Source of the DNA: Camelus dromedarius
Lineage: Eukaryota
Assembly: GCF_036321535.1 (NCBI RefSeq)
Contig: NC_087459.1
Location: 9,300,001-9,364,000, forward strand
Length of the DNA stretch: 64,000 nt
Direction: 5' to 3'
Shown: positions 37,170 through 49,034 of the stretch, in pieces
Layout: every line of letters begins with the position of its first letter
Position numbering within the stretch: the stretch's first letter is position 1
The notes under the pieces: generated by a model
Database searches by the model: none
What the model saw: only the letters and a program-made list of their open reading frames with translations
Told to the model about the DNA's origin: nothing
Made by a program: the position numbers and the translations under genes

Positions 37170-38055
37170 AAGTCTGGCCCTCCCCTGGAGGGGCTGCGGG
37201 CGGGTGAGTAGGCAGCCCTGTCTGGACACAGGGGCCTCTGCCCCTCGCCGCCTTCCCCGACGGCAGATTCAGAAGGCTTGGGTCACAGCCTGGCTGGACG
37301 AAGAGGGCGCAGTGGAGGTTTGGGGGAGGAAGTCTGAAATTAAGCTCGTTTCTTCCATATTTTTTCCTACTGCTCTACAGCAAACCTCTTGCCTGGTCAT
37401 TTGAGAATGTAACTCATCTATCCCCTATACTGATAAACTGGCTGATGATCTGGGCCGTGGGGCACTCAGCTTGAGGAAATGACAACAGAATTTGAAATGC
37501 TTTAACTAAGAAAAAAGTATTTTTAAATAAAATGCTTTAACTGGCATACTCAAGATGTCTCATTTTCCCCTTTCACAATAAAGGTTTTGGATGCCATCGC
37601 TAAGGCCCACCTATGCTTAAGTTTGTATGGCTTTTCAGAAACTCAGAATCTGCCTTCCAAGTCTTAAAAAGTCAAACTCACAGCTGAAGTAGATCCCGGG
37701 GTCTCCTGGGGCTGGGCGCACCAGGAAAACAGTGGTGTTGATGGTCAACCGATACTGGGCCCTGAAACAGAAGTATCACATGCAAGGGTTGTGAAGTCCT
37801 CCCCACGGGACAGGAGAGCTCCCAGGGTGAGTTATAAGAGGAAGCCCCTGTTCTCTCCCCATCTTTACCTGCCCCCCCCCCCCCATTTACAACTCAGAAT
37901 AAAGTTCCCTTTGTTACTCAGGTGGCTTGGGCTCAGGTAACCAGGCAGACTCCTATCTCAAATGGGCTCTTCTACAGCAGCTCAGGAGTGGTATCAGGAA
38001 GCCAGCTTGACCTCGGGGGACCTGTGAGAGCCTGGAACTCACCAGGAAGAAGGAC

Positions 38056-38510
38056 AATGTATGAATTTTCTGACTGCTGTAGCAAGTCACCACAAACTGG
38101 GTGGAGTAAAACGACAGAAATTTATTCCCTCCCAGTACTGGAAGCCAGAAATCCAAAATCAGGGTGTCCCAAGGCCACACTCCCTCCCAAGGCTCTATGG
38201 GAGGCTCCTTCCTTGACTCTTGCAGCTTCTGGGGCTCCAGGCACTCGTTGCTTTGTGGCTGCCTCATTCAGTCTCTGCCTCCGTCGTCACATGATCTTCT
38301 CCCTTGTGTCTGTCTCAAATCTCCCTCGTATTTTTCTCTTATGACACCTGTTTTGGATGTAGGGCCCACCCTAAATCCAGAATGATCTCATCTTGAGATC
38401 CTTAATTTAGTTATATCTGCAAAGACCCTTTTTAAAAATAAGGCCACATTCACAGGTTCCAGTGCTTGGGACCTAGACATAGTGTCGGGAGTCACCATCC
38501 AAACTATACC
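38056..38510 (-). mobile_element. MLT1 (ERVL-MaLR) solo LTR
   Basis: caccacaaactgggtgg...aaaacgacagaaatttatt; tagggcccaccctaaatccagaatgatctcatcttgagatccttaa...tctgcaaagaccct. Confidence 0.8.
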
Positions 38511-41500
38511 AGCAGTGTCCTCTCCCCTGTGGGCCTAGCCTCCTTCCCAAGCTGTCTTTCAGCTTCCTTAAACCATCTTTTAGGCCCTATCCCTTGCTGA
38601 ACCTGAGCCTTGGGTGCCCTTGGAGTCCTTGAGTGAGATCCAAAGGCACTAGTACCATGATAAAGCTCTCACTGGCACAGGAAGAAAATAGAGCGAATTG
38701 TGGCCCAGTTCCCATTCCTGCTGGCTTGCTGCTTCCTCAACCCTCTTTGTGTCCTACAGCCCGCCTCCCAAAGAAGACATCGTTCTCAGAACTTCACGTG
38801 GGTAACTGCTGCTGGTGGAAACCTGACAGTTACGACTGATAATAAAGTTAATTGTTACCCAGTCCGCGGAGTCTGCCCGGGTTTACATGTGAGGCTGCCC
38901 TTATCCTCTTGGCAAAATACTCTTGTCCCAAGTCAGTACCTACAATAATCCCCTAGGTGTGCAGGGCGCTTGTGGCCTCAGCAGATGCCTTGGGTGACCC
39001 TGGAGGAGGCAGGGCAGGCTTCTCCTTCTGGCTTACAGCCAGGAAACACCCAAGATTAGGCAGTTGTGACTTGCCCAGTGAGGCCCTGGGGTAAGGGGGG
39101 TGACACCAGGTCTGACCCAGAGTCCAGCAACCTGCACACTGCAGGTGGCAAGGAAACCAGTGCTTTCTGCAACAGGGGCATAGACAATGGTGAAACTGAA
39201 CCCTGGGTGGAGGGTGGCTTCCTGTGTAATCAGATCCAGACGCTATTCTCCGTGGAGACTTCATGCGCAGGGAGCCTCCAGGAGTAGGAGGAAGGCGGGA
39301 ATGGCTGGCTCCGGAGGAGCAGTGTGGGATGCATGTGGGATGGCTTGAGGAAGACTCAGCATAGAGGGGAGGGGGGTGGCTGCGGGCTGTGCTGCCTTCA
39401 GGAAAAGAGGCACCAGGAGGCCCAGCTCACCCTAAATTTTCTTAGATCCCAATTCCTGAGGTCCTGAACAAGGAGCCGGCAGCTTTTATGTCGGTCGGTC
39501 TGGGGTTGCATTAGGCTTGTCCTGTTTCCTGCATGTTCTCTTGGCCAAACTCCCTAGCTCTCTGAGCTTGCTTCCTTGTCTGTAAAATGGGGCTATGACA
39601 TGAGAATTATTATAGAACATCAAGGTTTCCCCTCCTCCTTTTCATTCAGGAGCCCCTGGCTCCCAACCTGCAACATCGGGGCCTCAAGTGCCTCCCCAGA
39701 GAAACCGGTAGTGCAGTCCCCATGGCCACCCCCATACCCTTCCTGGTACCACAGTGGCTGTGGTCAGTTCCCCTCTTTTGTCCTTGGCAACACTTCCTCT
39801 CTAGGGGGAGTGAGATGGACAATAGGATTGGAGTTAACCCGCTCCCACCTCACCTCCATCTAAGCTGAGCTCCAGTTTCTTCTGCCCACCTGAACCTCCC
39901 ACCCCTCCGCCCTCCCAGAGAGAACAAAGGTTAGATTTAGTTCTGTCCCTCACCGAAGGGGTGAGGAGGGCCAACCCCTTCCCGCCTTCCTCTGTTTCCT
40001 CTCTGGGTGGAACCGGGGGAAAGTTCCTCTCCCCCACCTCTTTCCCAGGAGGAGGCAGATGGGGTAGGGATGATGGAGTGGGGATTCCAGTGGACCTGTT
40101 AAAGTCTCATTGATATGGTAACCACGCGGTGGGGGTCCCGGCCTCTCCCCATCAACAGCATTCCAGCCCGAGTCCCAGTTCCTTCCTAGACCCCAACTTT
40201 AACCCTTAGGTTCCCAGATCCAGCTGAATCCAGTTTGACCAGGGGGCCCAAGAGAGGTCCTTGGGCCTCCTAGCCTTGGTCCAAGGAGGGCTGAGGGCGG
40301 GCAGTACACCTGCCCAGGTGCCCTGGGAATCTGCTCTATACTGCTGCACACCACCACCCCACCACCACCCCGTGGGCCTCCTAGTTCTGTGACATATTCC
40401 CCCATTTTTACTTTCCCTTTAGGCTGTTGGGCGAGGTGCTTATCAAGAGGGGGGAAAGTGAGAGGAAGCTGAAGTTGCTTGTCCTCCCCTCTCCAGGCAG
40501 GTCCAGCTAGGGGTGGCAGGTGAAAGGGGATATCTCCATCCTCTGAGCACCCACCTCCCACGTGGCAGTGCAGGTGTGGAGATGTCGAGCCAGAGAGGAA
40601 TTGGGATCTAAGAAATTTAGGGTCCTTTTAGTGCCGTTTCTGGGCATGATGCTTATTACTGGACATGTGTAGTGCCCCCACCAGGCCCCATCATTACGTT
40701 GTGGGGTTAGAGATGCCCATAGTATGGGTGGGCCTGATTGCAGGCTGATCAATGACCCCTTCCCCCCAACCCCGTCGCCATGCAGGACTCAGTGTTCAAG
40801 ACAGAAAAGTCCCAGGCAGATCAGGACCAGTTGATCATTTATGCCCAAGGCAAGAGGCAAACTCTCTTTGGGCCTGGGGAGAGAAAAGGTCCTGGGCTGG
40901 GGCTGCCCAGGATGGAGGCCTTTTGTGCAGGTTGGTGGGCCCTCCAGAGATCCGGGCTGGCCTCCCACCACCTGCCCAAACCTGTGTGACTGGATTCTCG
41001 GTGGCCCCAGAGGAAGCCCCCTGAAGACTTACCTCTATTTGCTCTTCTCAGCCACCCCCTACCCCTGTGAGATCTGAGGCCTTGGGGGCTGAATGACCTG
41101 GAAAACCCACCCAGGGTTCCCTCTACCCATCACAGCCAGGAGGGACCTCTGGTCCTTTTCCAGCCAGCTATCAGGATCCTCCTCCCTCTCCTCAGGCGTC
41201 CTGGGGCCATCAGGTCAGTCCCAGACTGGACAGTCACTGCCCCTCTGTGGGGAGGCACCAGGCATGGAAAAGTCCCACCCCCTGGAGCCCACCTGTGAGA
41301 CCCGCTGATTGGCACTGGCCTCAGTCTCTCCATGTTAGGAAGAAGGGTTCTCATGTTTTCCTGGAGCACCCACCCCTTTGCAAATCTGAGGATATCAACC
41401 TCTCTTCCTGCAAAATGCTAAAACCCATTCCCAGAAGCAATGCACCCACCTGAAATTAAAAATCCTTTATAAATAAAGCCCCACTGGCCACCTAGCACCC

Positions 41501-43275
41501 CTCCCCTCCCCCAGGGCCATAGACCAGGTGTGCCCTGGGGAGCCTCCCACCCCTGCCCCCACTGGCCAGTCGGCTCCAGCCTCTGCAGGAGGAGGGGTGG
41601 CGGTGAGAGGCTCTCCCCGGGACACTCCTCCCTGCCACCCTGGAAAGTGGAATTTTCATCAGCCTCCAACTCCCTTTTCACAGAATAATCATCAGTTCTT
41701 GGCACCCAGGAAGGGGCTTGAAGGAGCTCATGATCCTCCCAAAAATGAGGGGTCCTGTTTGTGGGTCCCATGAGGTTTCTCAAAGGGGTCTTTGACCCAA
41801 GGAGGCTAAGGACTTTGACATTCTGAGATCTGGCCCCAGCTGGGGGGCAGGATTTGAGCCTTGGACTGTGTGACTCCCAGGCTGTCCCTCCACCAGGAGA
41901 GGGGAGTCACTGGCTCCTAGGGGTCTTCAAGAGGGGTGTCTTTCCTGAGGAGGGGGAGGCAGGGCTCTGGGAAGCTTGGGTCACTGGGCCTTACCCCCCT
42001 TGCCCTCTGTTGTGGTGTCTCACTACCCGAGGAATTGAGTTGGGTCCTGGGGCTGCTCCTCAACTGAGAGCTCAGCCCCTGCTACTCTCCCCCTCCCCCA
42101 CCAAGGCTCCTGTGTGCCCCTCCCCCACCTCAACAGCAGGCTTTTTATCCCCTGGCCCCCAGACTCCTTCAGCAGCTCAGCTCAGCCCCCAGTTTCAGCA
42201 GGGGTGTAGGGGTAGGCACACCTGAGCTAAAGCAGAAAGGGGGGTGGTTTTCTAGGCCGTTGCCTGGGTGATGCCACCTGAGCTTGGCGCCAGGCACCTG
42301 TCACCCGGGGAACAGTGCGGGCGGGGTGCCTCCCTCGGGAGCCACCGGGGCCACTGGGCTGAGACTGGAGACAGATTGGATTCCAGAGAGTCCCTGGCTG
42401 GGGGAGCAGGGGGAGATGGGCGGGGTGGGTGATACTGGGGGAACTAGGTGCTTTTGCATCACAAAACAAAGTGGGGTGGGGGACAGCAAAGCTAATGGTG
42501 GCTGGCCGGTGGCTCAGGAAGGCAGCCAAGGCACCCTCCCACTCCTGTCCTGAGCCAGTGACTTTATTGCCCCCATTCCTTACTCCCCAGCCAGTCCTCA
42601 GTCTCCCAGTTCCTTTGTGCCTGTGTTTTTCCCTCCCATCCCACGGATGCTCTTTCCTCCCCTGTTCCTTCCCAATCACGAGCACCCCCATTGACCCCAA
42701 GGCGCCCCATCCTCAGCTCCGCCTCCTTCCTGTAACTCTGGCTTCCTCTGTTGTGGCATCGTGCTGCTCCTCCCCTGCCTCAGCCTTAAAACCCCGCCTG
42801 CAGCTGAGAGTCAGCAGAGTTCCCAGGTGCCACCCACCAGGATAAGCCACTCAGCGTGAACCTGCACCAGCCGGTGGGGATGCAGGTCTCCTCAGCCTGA
42901 AGGTGGGTCGGGAGGGTCCAGGCAAGCTGGGTCAGGCCAGCGGCAGCCAGGACGTGACTGCAGGGTGGCAGGAACAGCAGCCGTTGGACATCTGAAGGAC
43001 GACGGGCCCCTCAAAGGAACACCAGCCACTCAGCCACTCAGGACTGTGAGACTGATTTGTGTTTGTCAAGGGTCAGAGACACATCTGTGAGGGGCACGGA
43101 GCTAGGAAGTGACTTGCAGGAGGCCCACTGATGTGAGGACTGTCTTGGTCGGAGGACGCTGACTTAAGCTCCTGCTGGGCACCGAGACACCCCCACCCCC
43201 ACCCCGAAGCATCCGACCCACTCCACTGAATCAACCAGGCTGCCTAGAGTGAGAAGACCTAACCAAGGCAGGCAG

Positions 43276-43929
43276 ATGGCTTCAACTGGCCTTGAACTCC
43301 TGGGCATGACCCTGGCTGTGCTGGGCTGGCTGGGGACCCTGGTGTCCTGTGCCCTGCCCCTGTGGAAAGTGACTGCCTTCATCGGCAACAGCATCGTAGT
43401 GGCCCAGGTGGTGTGGGAGGGGCTGTGGATGTCCTGTGTGGTGCAGAGCACAGGCCAGATGCAGTGCAAGGTGTACGACTCGCTACTGGCGCTGCCCCAG
43501 GATCTGCAGGCAGCCCGAGCTCTCTGCATCATTGCCCTTCTGCTGGCTCTGCTTGGCCTCCTGGTGGCCATCACAGGCGCCCAGTGCACCACCTGCGTGG
43601 AGGATGAAGGTGCCAAGGCCCGCATCGTGCTCACAGCGGGAGTCATCCTCCTTCTCTCGGGCATCCTGGTGCTCATCCCCATCTGCTGGACCGCGCACGC
43701 CATCATCCAGGACTTCTACAACCCCCTGGTGGCAGAGGCCCTCAAGCGGGAGCTGGGAGCCTCCCTCTATGTGGGCTGGGCAGCAGCTGCCCTGCTCATG
43801 CTGGGAGGGGGCCTCCTCTGCTGCACCTGTCCCCCTCCCCAGATCGACCGGCCCCGCGGACCAAGACTGGGCTACTCCATCCCCTCCCGCTCTGGTGCAT
43901 CAGGGCTGGACAAGAGGGACTACGTATGA
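43276..43929 (+). CDS. CLDN9: Claudin-9, 217 aa, single coding exon
   Basis: [10 protein letters not shown]...[25 protein letters not shown]...[13 protein letters not shown]...GLDKRDYV; claudin signature and PDZ-binding YV. Confidence 0.97.
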   Translation: MASTGLELLGMTLAVLGWLGTLVSCALPLWKVTAFIGNSIVVAQVVWEGLWMSCVVQSTGQMQCKVYDSLLALPQDLQAARALCIIALLLALLGLLVAITGAQCTTCVEDEGAKARIVLTAGVILLLSGILVLIPICWTAHAIIQDFYNPLVAEALKRELGASLYVGWAAAALLMLGGGLLCCTCPPPQIDRPRGPRLGYSIPSRSGASGLDKRDYV

Positions 43930-44401
43930 GGTGGAGAATATCCCTGGAAGCCTGCTGCTTAGAACCTTGACCTTTTGCTGGGTGCCTAATCCTTGCCTGG
44001 TACTGTCCACCACTCCCCTAGCTGAAACCCACTTTCCAGATGCTCAAGCCAGGCCTGGCTGCAAGGCTAGTCTCAGCGGGCCTGGCTGAGTCTAGACCCA
44101 CTTTTGACGGGTCCCCATTTCCACTCAGGCAGGGCCTGAGCTGATAGGGAACACCGGCCTGCCCCTACGTCCCCCATGTTGCTGTCTTCTGTTGTCCAGG
44201 ATTTGGACTAGCTTTCCTCGGAGCCCTCCTCCACCCCAGGAACCCCAAAGGGCAATAGCTCCTCATGCCCTCCCTGGCCTGGAGTTGGTCCTCTCTGTCT
44301 GACCAGACCACCATCAGCATCCAGAGGCTGAGGCCAGGCCCTTGGAGCAGCCAGGAGTCCCAACATATCACCTCACCTCTCACCCCCTCCTTTGAGTAGG
44401 G

Positions 44402-44407
44402 AATAAA
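44402..44407 (+). terminator. CLDN9 polyadenylation signal
   Basis: AATAAA. Confidence 0.6.
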
Positions 44408-44650
44408 TAGAGTATTTGTAAATCAGCTCCTTTGATCTGTGGTTGGGCTGGGAAGACCAGGTGGCCTCCCCTGGGGCTGTCTGGCCAAGGCCTGCTTCAT
44501 GTCCTGCCCAGTGGGAAACCTCACTCAGGCCATGCAAGGCACAGGGCAACACAGAAGATGAGCTATTTGTACCCACCTCCTCCTGCCAGGCTGGCCCTTG
44601 GCAGCCCCCACCCCCCACCAGCAACACCAAAGGCAAGTAACAAAACATGC

Positions 44651-44656
44651 TTTATT
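44651..44656 (-). terminator. CLDN6 polyadenylation signal
   Basis: tttatt on + strand. Confidence 0.6.
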
Positions 44657-45257
44657 CAGTGGAAACTGGTGAGTGTGGGCAGGGCATGGCAGAAGTGTAC
44701 AGGGGCTGGAGATAAAAGGGTCAGGGGTCACACAGCAGGGACATAACAACTCAGGATGGAGGAGCCAGAGATCAGAAGACTTGGAGGTGGGTGGTTGGTT
44801 CTTTGGTAACTTGTTGCCTGCTCTTCTAGAGGCTACGTGAGGCTCAAGAGCCCCTGGGGGTTCCAGAGGCCTCACCATCACGGGAAGGCTTGTCCCTGCA
44901 AGCCTAGGGAGGCCCTGCCCCCCAAAACAGTGGGAACTCTTGGGGACAGGATGAAAGCATCTGGAGAGCAAGCAGCCTTCACACTGGGCCCACAGGTCAA
45001 TGGCTGGTCTGAGATGGGGATGTCCAGGGTGGAGAAAGCCAGAAACTTTGAAGCATCACCTTTTTGGCTCCATCACTCAAAGGTGAGGAACACCAGTAGT
45101 AGAGCCCAGATGGGTTACCAAATGGATTAACGACCCCTGCCTTCTCCCAAAATAAAAAGCAAAAACAACCCCAAAGCTGTCATGGATCACCACCTCCAGG
45201 GTTCCATCTCAGAGGTTAGGCTCCACTGTCAATGGAGCCCATACTCCTCTACCCAAA

Positions 45258-45923
45258 TTAGACGTAATTCTTAGTGGGGTACTCAGAGGGACCCCGGGAG
45301 GTGGTATGTGGGGCTGATGCTGAGTATCGGGCCATATAATGTCTGGAGCTCCGGGACCCCCAGGAGGGGCAGGTGCAGCACAGTAGCCCCCCACCCAGCA
45401 ACAAAAGGCCAGAGGCAGCCCAGCCCACATAGAGGGAGGCTCCCAGCTCCCACTTTTGGGCCTCAGCCACCAGGGGGTTGTAGAAGTCTCGAATGATGGT
45501 GTTGGCCGTCCAGCACACGGGTATCAGGGTCAGGATCCCAGAGATGACAAAGATGATCCCGGAGGTGAGCACCAGTCGGGCCTTAGAGTCCTTGTCCATC
45601 ACGCAGGTGGTGCACTTGGCTCCGGCAAGGTAGATCAGGAAGCCGAGCAGGGCCACAAGGAGAGTGATGACGCTGAGGGCTCGGGCAGCCTGCAGGTCCT
45701 GGGGCAGCGCCAGTAGCGAGTCAAACACCTTGCACTGCATCTGGCCTGTGCTCTGCACCACGCAGGACATCCACGGCCCCTCCCACACCACCTGGGCTAC
45801 CACGATGCTGTTGCCGATGAAGGCAGTCACTTTCCACAGGGGCAGGGCACAGGACACCAGGGCATTCACCCAGCCAAGCAGTGACAGGACGATCCCCAGG
45901 ATTTGCAGACCAGCAAGGGCCAT
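45258..45923 (-). CDS. CLDN6: Claudin-6, 221 aa, single coding exon
   Basis: MALAGLQILG...NPLVAEAQKWELG...RGPSEYPTKNYV; Kozak cctcaccATGG; 5'UTR acceptor at 45950. Confidence 0.95.
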   Translation of the reverse strand: MALAGLQILGIVLSLLGWVNALVSCALPLWKVTAFIGNSIVVAQVVWEGPWMSCVVQSTGQMQCKVFDSLLALPQDLQAARALSVITLLVALLGFLIYLAGAKCTTCVMDKDSKARLVLTSGIIFVISGILTLIPVCWTANTIIRDFYNPLVAEAQKWELGASLYVGWAASGLLLLGGGLLCCTCPSWGSRSSRHYMARYSASAPHTTSRGPSEYPTKNYV

Positions 45924-46660
45924 GGTGAGGTGGAGGTTGAGGAACTGCACTGGGGGATGGAAGCAGAGTAATGTTAAAACCAGCTGGCCCTGTCCCCTCG
46001 TTCCCAGTGAGTGCTAACCCCCATGCCACATGCCATGGCCAACACACAGGATACCAAACGTATGAACCCTAGGAGTCAGGATACCATGTCCTGTAATGTG
46101 GGCAAGGCATGCTCCCTAAGCCTCATTTTCTCACAGGGAAAATGAACGTTTAATGCTTCAGCATTTTTCTCCCCCTAGTTATGTGACAGGCATTGGCTTA
46201 TATGAGTGCAAAAGTAAGCAGCCCAGTCCCCTCCCGCTCTCCATCTCTATTTCCCTTCTGAGCCGGCCCAAAGGAAGGTGTCCTCAGCCCTCAAGCCTGG
46301 AAGCCATACGCCCTGGAAGGGTCCAATGGCGGCGCTAGCAGCAGGGTCCTCTCCCGACTGGTGAAGGGGAGGGGAGCCCCGCCCCGGAGAGCAGCGCAGG
46401 TGGGGGAGGGGCGCCCAGGTTTCGGTGCCTTTGTCCCCGGGAAGGGGGGAGGGGCGTTTAACCTTTCTGCCGAAGGATCCCATCAGGGCCGAGGTTTAGG
46501 TGCAGCCCCCAACCAGGGACTCGCCGTCCCGGGTGGCTGCCATCAGATATGTCCAGGTTCTTCACATGCACCCCAACCCAAAGCCGCCATGCCCCCTGTA
46601 ACTCTCTCTGCGAGGCATCTACGTCCTCCTCCACAACATGCACCCTTCCGCCAGGCTTAC

Positions 46661-46800
46661 CTGTGAAGGAGTCCACAAAGATTCGAAGTAGCTGGCCGAG
46701 TGTGAGGATGGGGGCGGAGCTGGGGGGGTCTTAAAGAGGCAGTGACGTCACCGGATCAACGCCTCCAGGAGGGGCAGAGACCCCAGTCCAGATAGCAGCG
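46661..46800 (-). promoter_or_regulatory. CLDN6 promoter and non-coding exon 1
   Basis: Donor CAG|GTAAGC at 46661; GC box ggggcggag; TATA-like TTTAAGA ~46730; palindromic CRE TGACGTCA at 46743-46750. Confidence 0.6.
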
Positions 46801-47125
46801 GACGTGCGAATCCCAACCCCGCCAGTAGCGGGCGCTCGAGGACGGAGCCGCTGCTCCGGCGTCTGGACCGGGTCCGGGGGGCATTACCTGCCCGAAGTCT
46901 GGCCGGCAGTGAGTCAAGGTGTAGGGCGAGGAGCGGAAAAGAGCTCGGGTCTCGACTCTGAAACCCACCTAATCTTTCAAAGCCTAATTTTACTCTGCAA
47001 AATGGAGACAACAAGCCCACATTTTACTATGTAACTATGTCCTAAGGTGGAAATTAAAAGGGCACAGTATTATTTTTGTTTTATTGTTATTATCATACCC
47101 TCAGGCCTTAAGAAAGCTGCAGTTA

Positions 47126-47271
47126 GCGGGGCAAGTATAGCTCAATGGTAGATTGCGTATTTAGCATGCATGGGGTCCTGAGTTCAAATCCAGTACAGCC
47201 ATTAAAAATAAATAAGTAGGTAAACCTAATTACTCCCCTTCCTTCCCCCGCCCCCAGAAGAATTAAAAAGA
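47126..47271 (+). mobile_element. Vic-1-like SINE with 16-bp TSD
   Basis: ggggcaagtatagctcaatggtagattgcgtatttagcatgcatggggtcctgagttcaaatcc; TSD AAGAAAGCTGCAGTTA at 47110-47125 and 47272-47287. Confidence 0.85.
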
Positions 47272-47598
47272 AAGAAAGCTGCAGTTATGTCTGTGATGGG
47301 TTGTGTCAGACTCCCCGCCATAGCCCAACACACACCTCCTGGGCTTCAGCACGGAGAATATAGGGCTGGATCTGTATTATCCCCTTGGCGTTCTGGCCCC
47401 TCACGCACGGAGACGGCTTTTGTTGAGTGAATGACTGAACTTAGTCTGCCAGGAGGGCGGGGGCGTCCAGGGGTGGATCGCGGGGCGGGCAGAGGCGAGG
47501 GATCCGCCCCGGAAGGCGGGGGCGGGGGCGGGGCCGCTGCTGTCTGTCCTGGTCCGCGGGTGGCGAGCCCAGACGGCAGCGGCCGCCCGAGGAGCGCC

Positions 47599-49034
47599 AT
47601 GGTTCCTGGCTCGCTATGCCCGCTGCTGCGGCTCTTCGTGCTGGGTCTCGGGCTGGTGCTGCTGGGCGCCGCGGCCGGGGAGAAAGTGCCAGGTATGCCC
47701 GGCCGGGGCTGGGCGGGAGGGCGTGGGGGCTAGGGGAATCCCTGGTCCGGCGTTGGGGAGCCGGCATTGGGGGCCTAGAGGAGGGGCCAGAATGGGGGGA
47801 AATTGGCTGACATGGAGATCCGGGGTCAGGTGGTCTCTCCGGACACCGCACTTCCTGGTCAGGAGAGGTCCCATCTCGCTCCGAGCCTCAGTTTCCTGCC
47901 TGTCAAACTTGGTGGGGACGGGAGGGCTTCTGTCCTGAGAGTCTGGATTCAGAAGTGGAGAGAGAAAGAAAGTTTGAGGGAGGGATGTCCCGTTGGGTAA
48001 GGCGGCACGCCCCCAGGCTGATCAATACCGGGTCTGCCCAGCCCCAGTGACTGAACAGTGGGGGGGGGTGTTGAGAGGCACGGAGGCCTGTGCCCCCTAT
48101 ACCATGCGGGGTGCCCCCTTTCATCCGGTGACTTCAGTGCCCAGCTATGCGGGGGGAGGGACTAGGGTCGGGCCCGGTGCCCAGGAATGAGTCACCCGCC
48201 GGCGGCGGGGGGGTATGGGGACCTGACCCCCCCCCGCACTACGGCCCCCTCTCACCCGCGCCGCCGTGTCCTGGTCGGGCCGTGCGGTCACCTGTGAGGA
48301 ATGCGGAGGGAAGGGCGCCGGTGACTCACGTTATTCGAGCCGGCCGACCCTGACCTCAGCCCCCAAAATAGCCGAGCCCCGCCCCCAGCCTCTGACCCAC
48401 GGCCCCCTCCCCAGGAACCACCCCCTGCTCTCGCGGCAGCTCCTGGAGCGCGGACCTAGACAAGTGCATGGACTGCGCGTCGTGCCCCACGCGACCGAAC
48501 AGCGACTTCTGCCTGGGCTGTGAGTAGGGGCGGGGTTAGAGGCGAGCAGACCCCAGGCGGCGGGAGAGAGTTGCTGCGGTTGAGAGGGGACCAAGGAGCT
48601 TCACATCTGGGGAATGAATCAAGGGGACGCTGGAGTGAGGAAGGGGTTCTGACCTGGGTAGCGGCCACGGTGGAGAAAAGGCTTGAGGTTCAGATCTAGG
48701 GGGCGGAGCTGGTCCGGAAAGGGGCGAGGTCTGACTTTCAGTCCTGCTCCCAGGCGCTGCGGCCCCTCCGGCCTCTTTCAGGCTGCTGTGGCCCATCTTG
48801 GGGGGTGCCCTGAGCCTGGCGCTGGTGCTGGCGCTGCTTTCTGGCTTCTTGGTCTGGAGACGGTGCCGCAGGAGAGAGAAGTTTACCAGTAAGTATGCCC
48901 TGGCTCACCCACCGCCCCCCCCACCATCATTCCTCAACGTGTTCCCCACTCTTGACGCCCCTCTTTTTTATCTTGCAGCCCCCATCGAGGAGACAGGCGG
49001 GGAGGGCTGTCCTGGCGTGGCGCTGATCCAGTGA
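47599..49034 (+). CDS. TNFRSF12A: TNF receptor superfamily 12A (Fn14/TWEAK receptor); 4 exons, 129 aa
   Basis: Exons 47599-47692, 48415-48519, 48754-48888, 48979-49034 (390 nt). Signal peptide, CRD CSRGSSWSADLDKCMDCASC...DFCLGC, TM segment, TRAF motif PIEET. Confidence 0.97.

Noticed and set aside
36190-37229. Three long - strand ORFs (243-258 aa) over the CpG island
   Set aside because: Explained by the scarcity of A on the + strand in very GC-rich DNA; no supporting splice or poly(A) signals on the - strand.
38600-43100. ORFs and isolated splice-like sites upstream of CLDN9
   Set aside because: Could not be assembled into a consistent gene model.
43249-43275. N-terminal extensions of CLDN9 (GTG 43249) and CLDN6 (45950) in the ORF track
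   Set aside because: Non-ATG starts; the CLDN6 one overlaps the splice acceptor. Canonical starts are 43276 and 45923.
34912-47271. tRNA-like sequences (gtatagctca...ggtagag...gggttcaatcccc)
   Set aside because: Heads of Vic-1-like SINEs with A-rich tails and TSDs; no intact cloverleaf.
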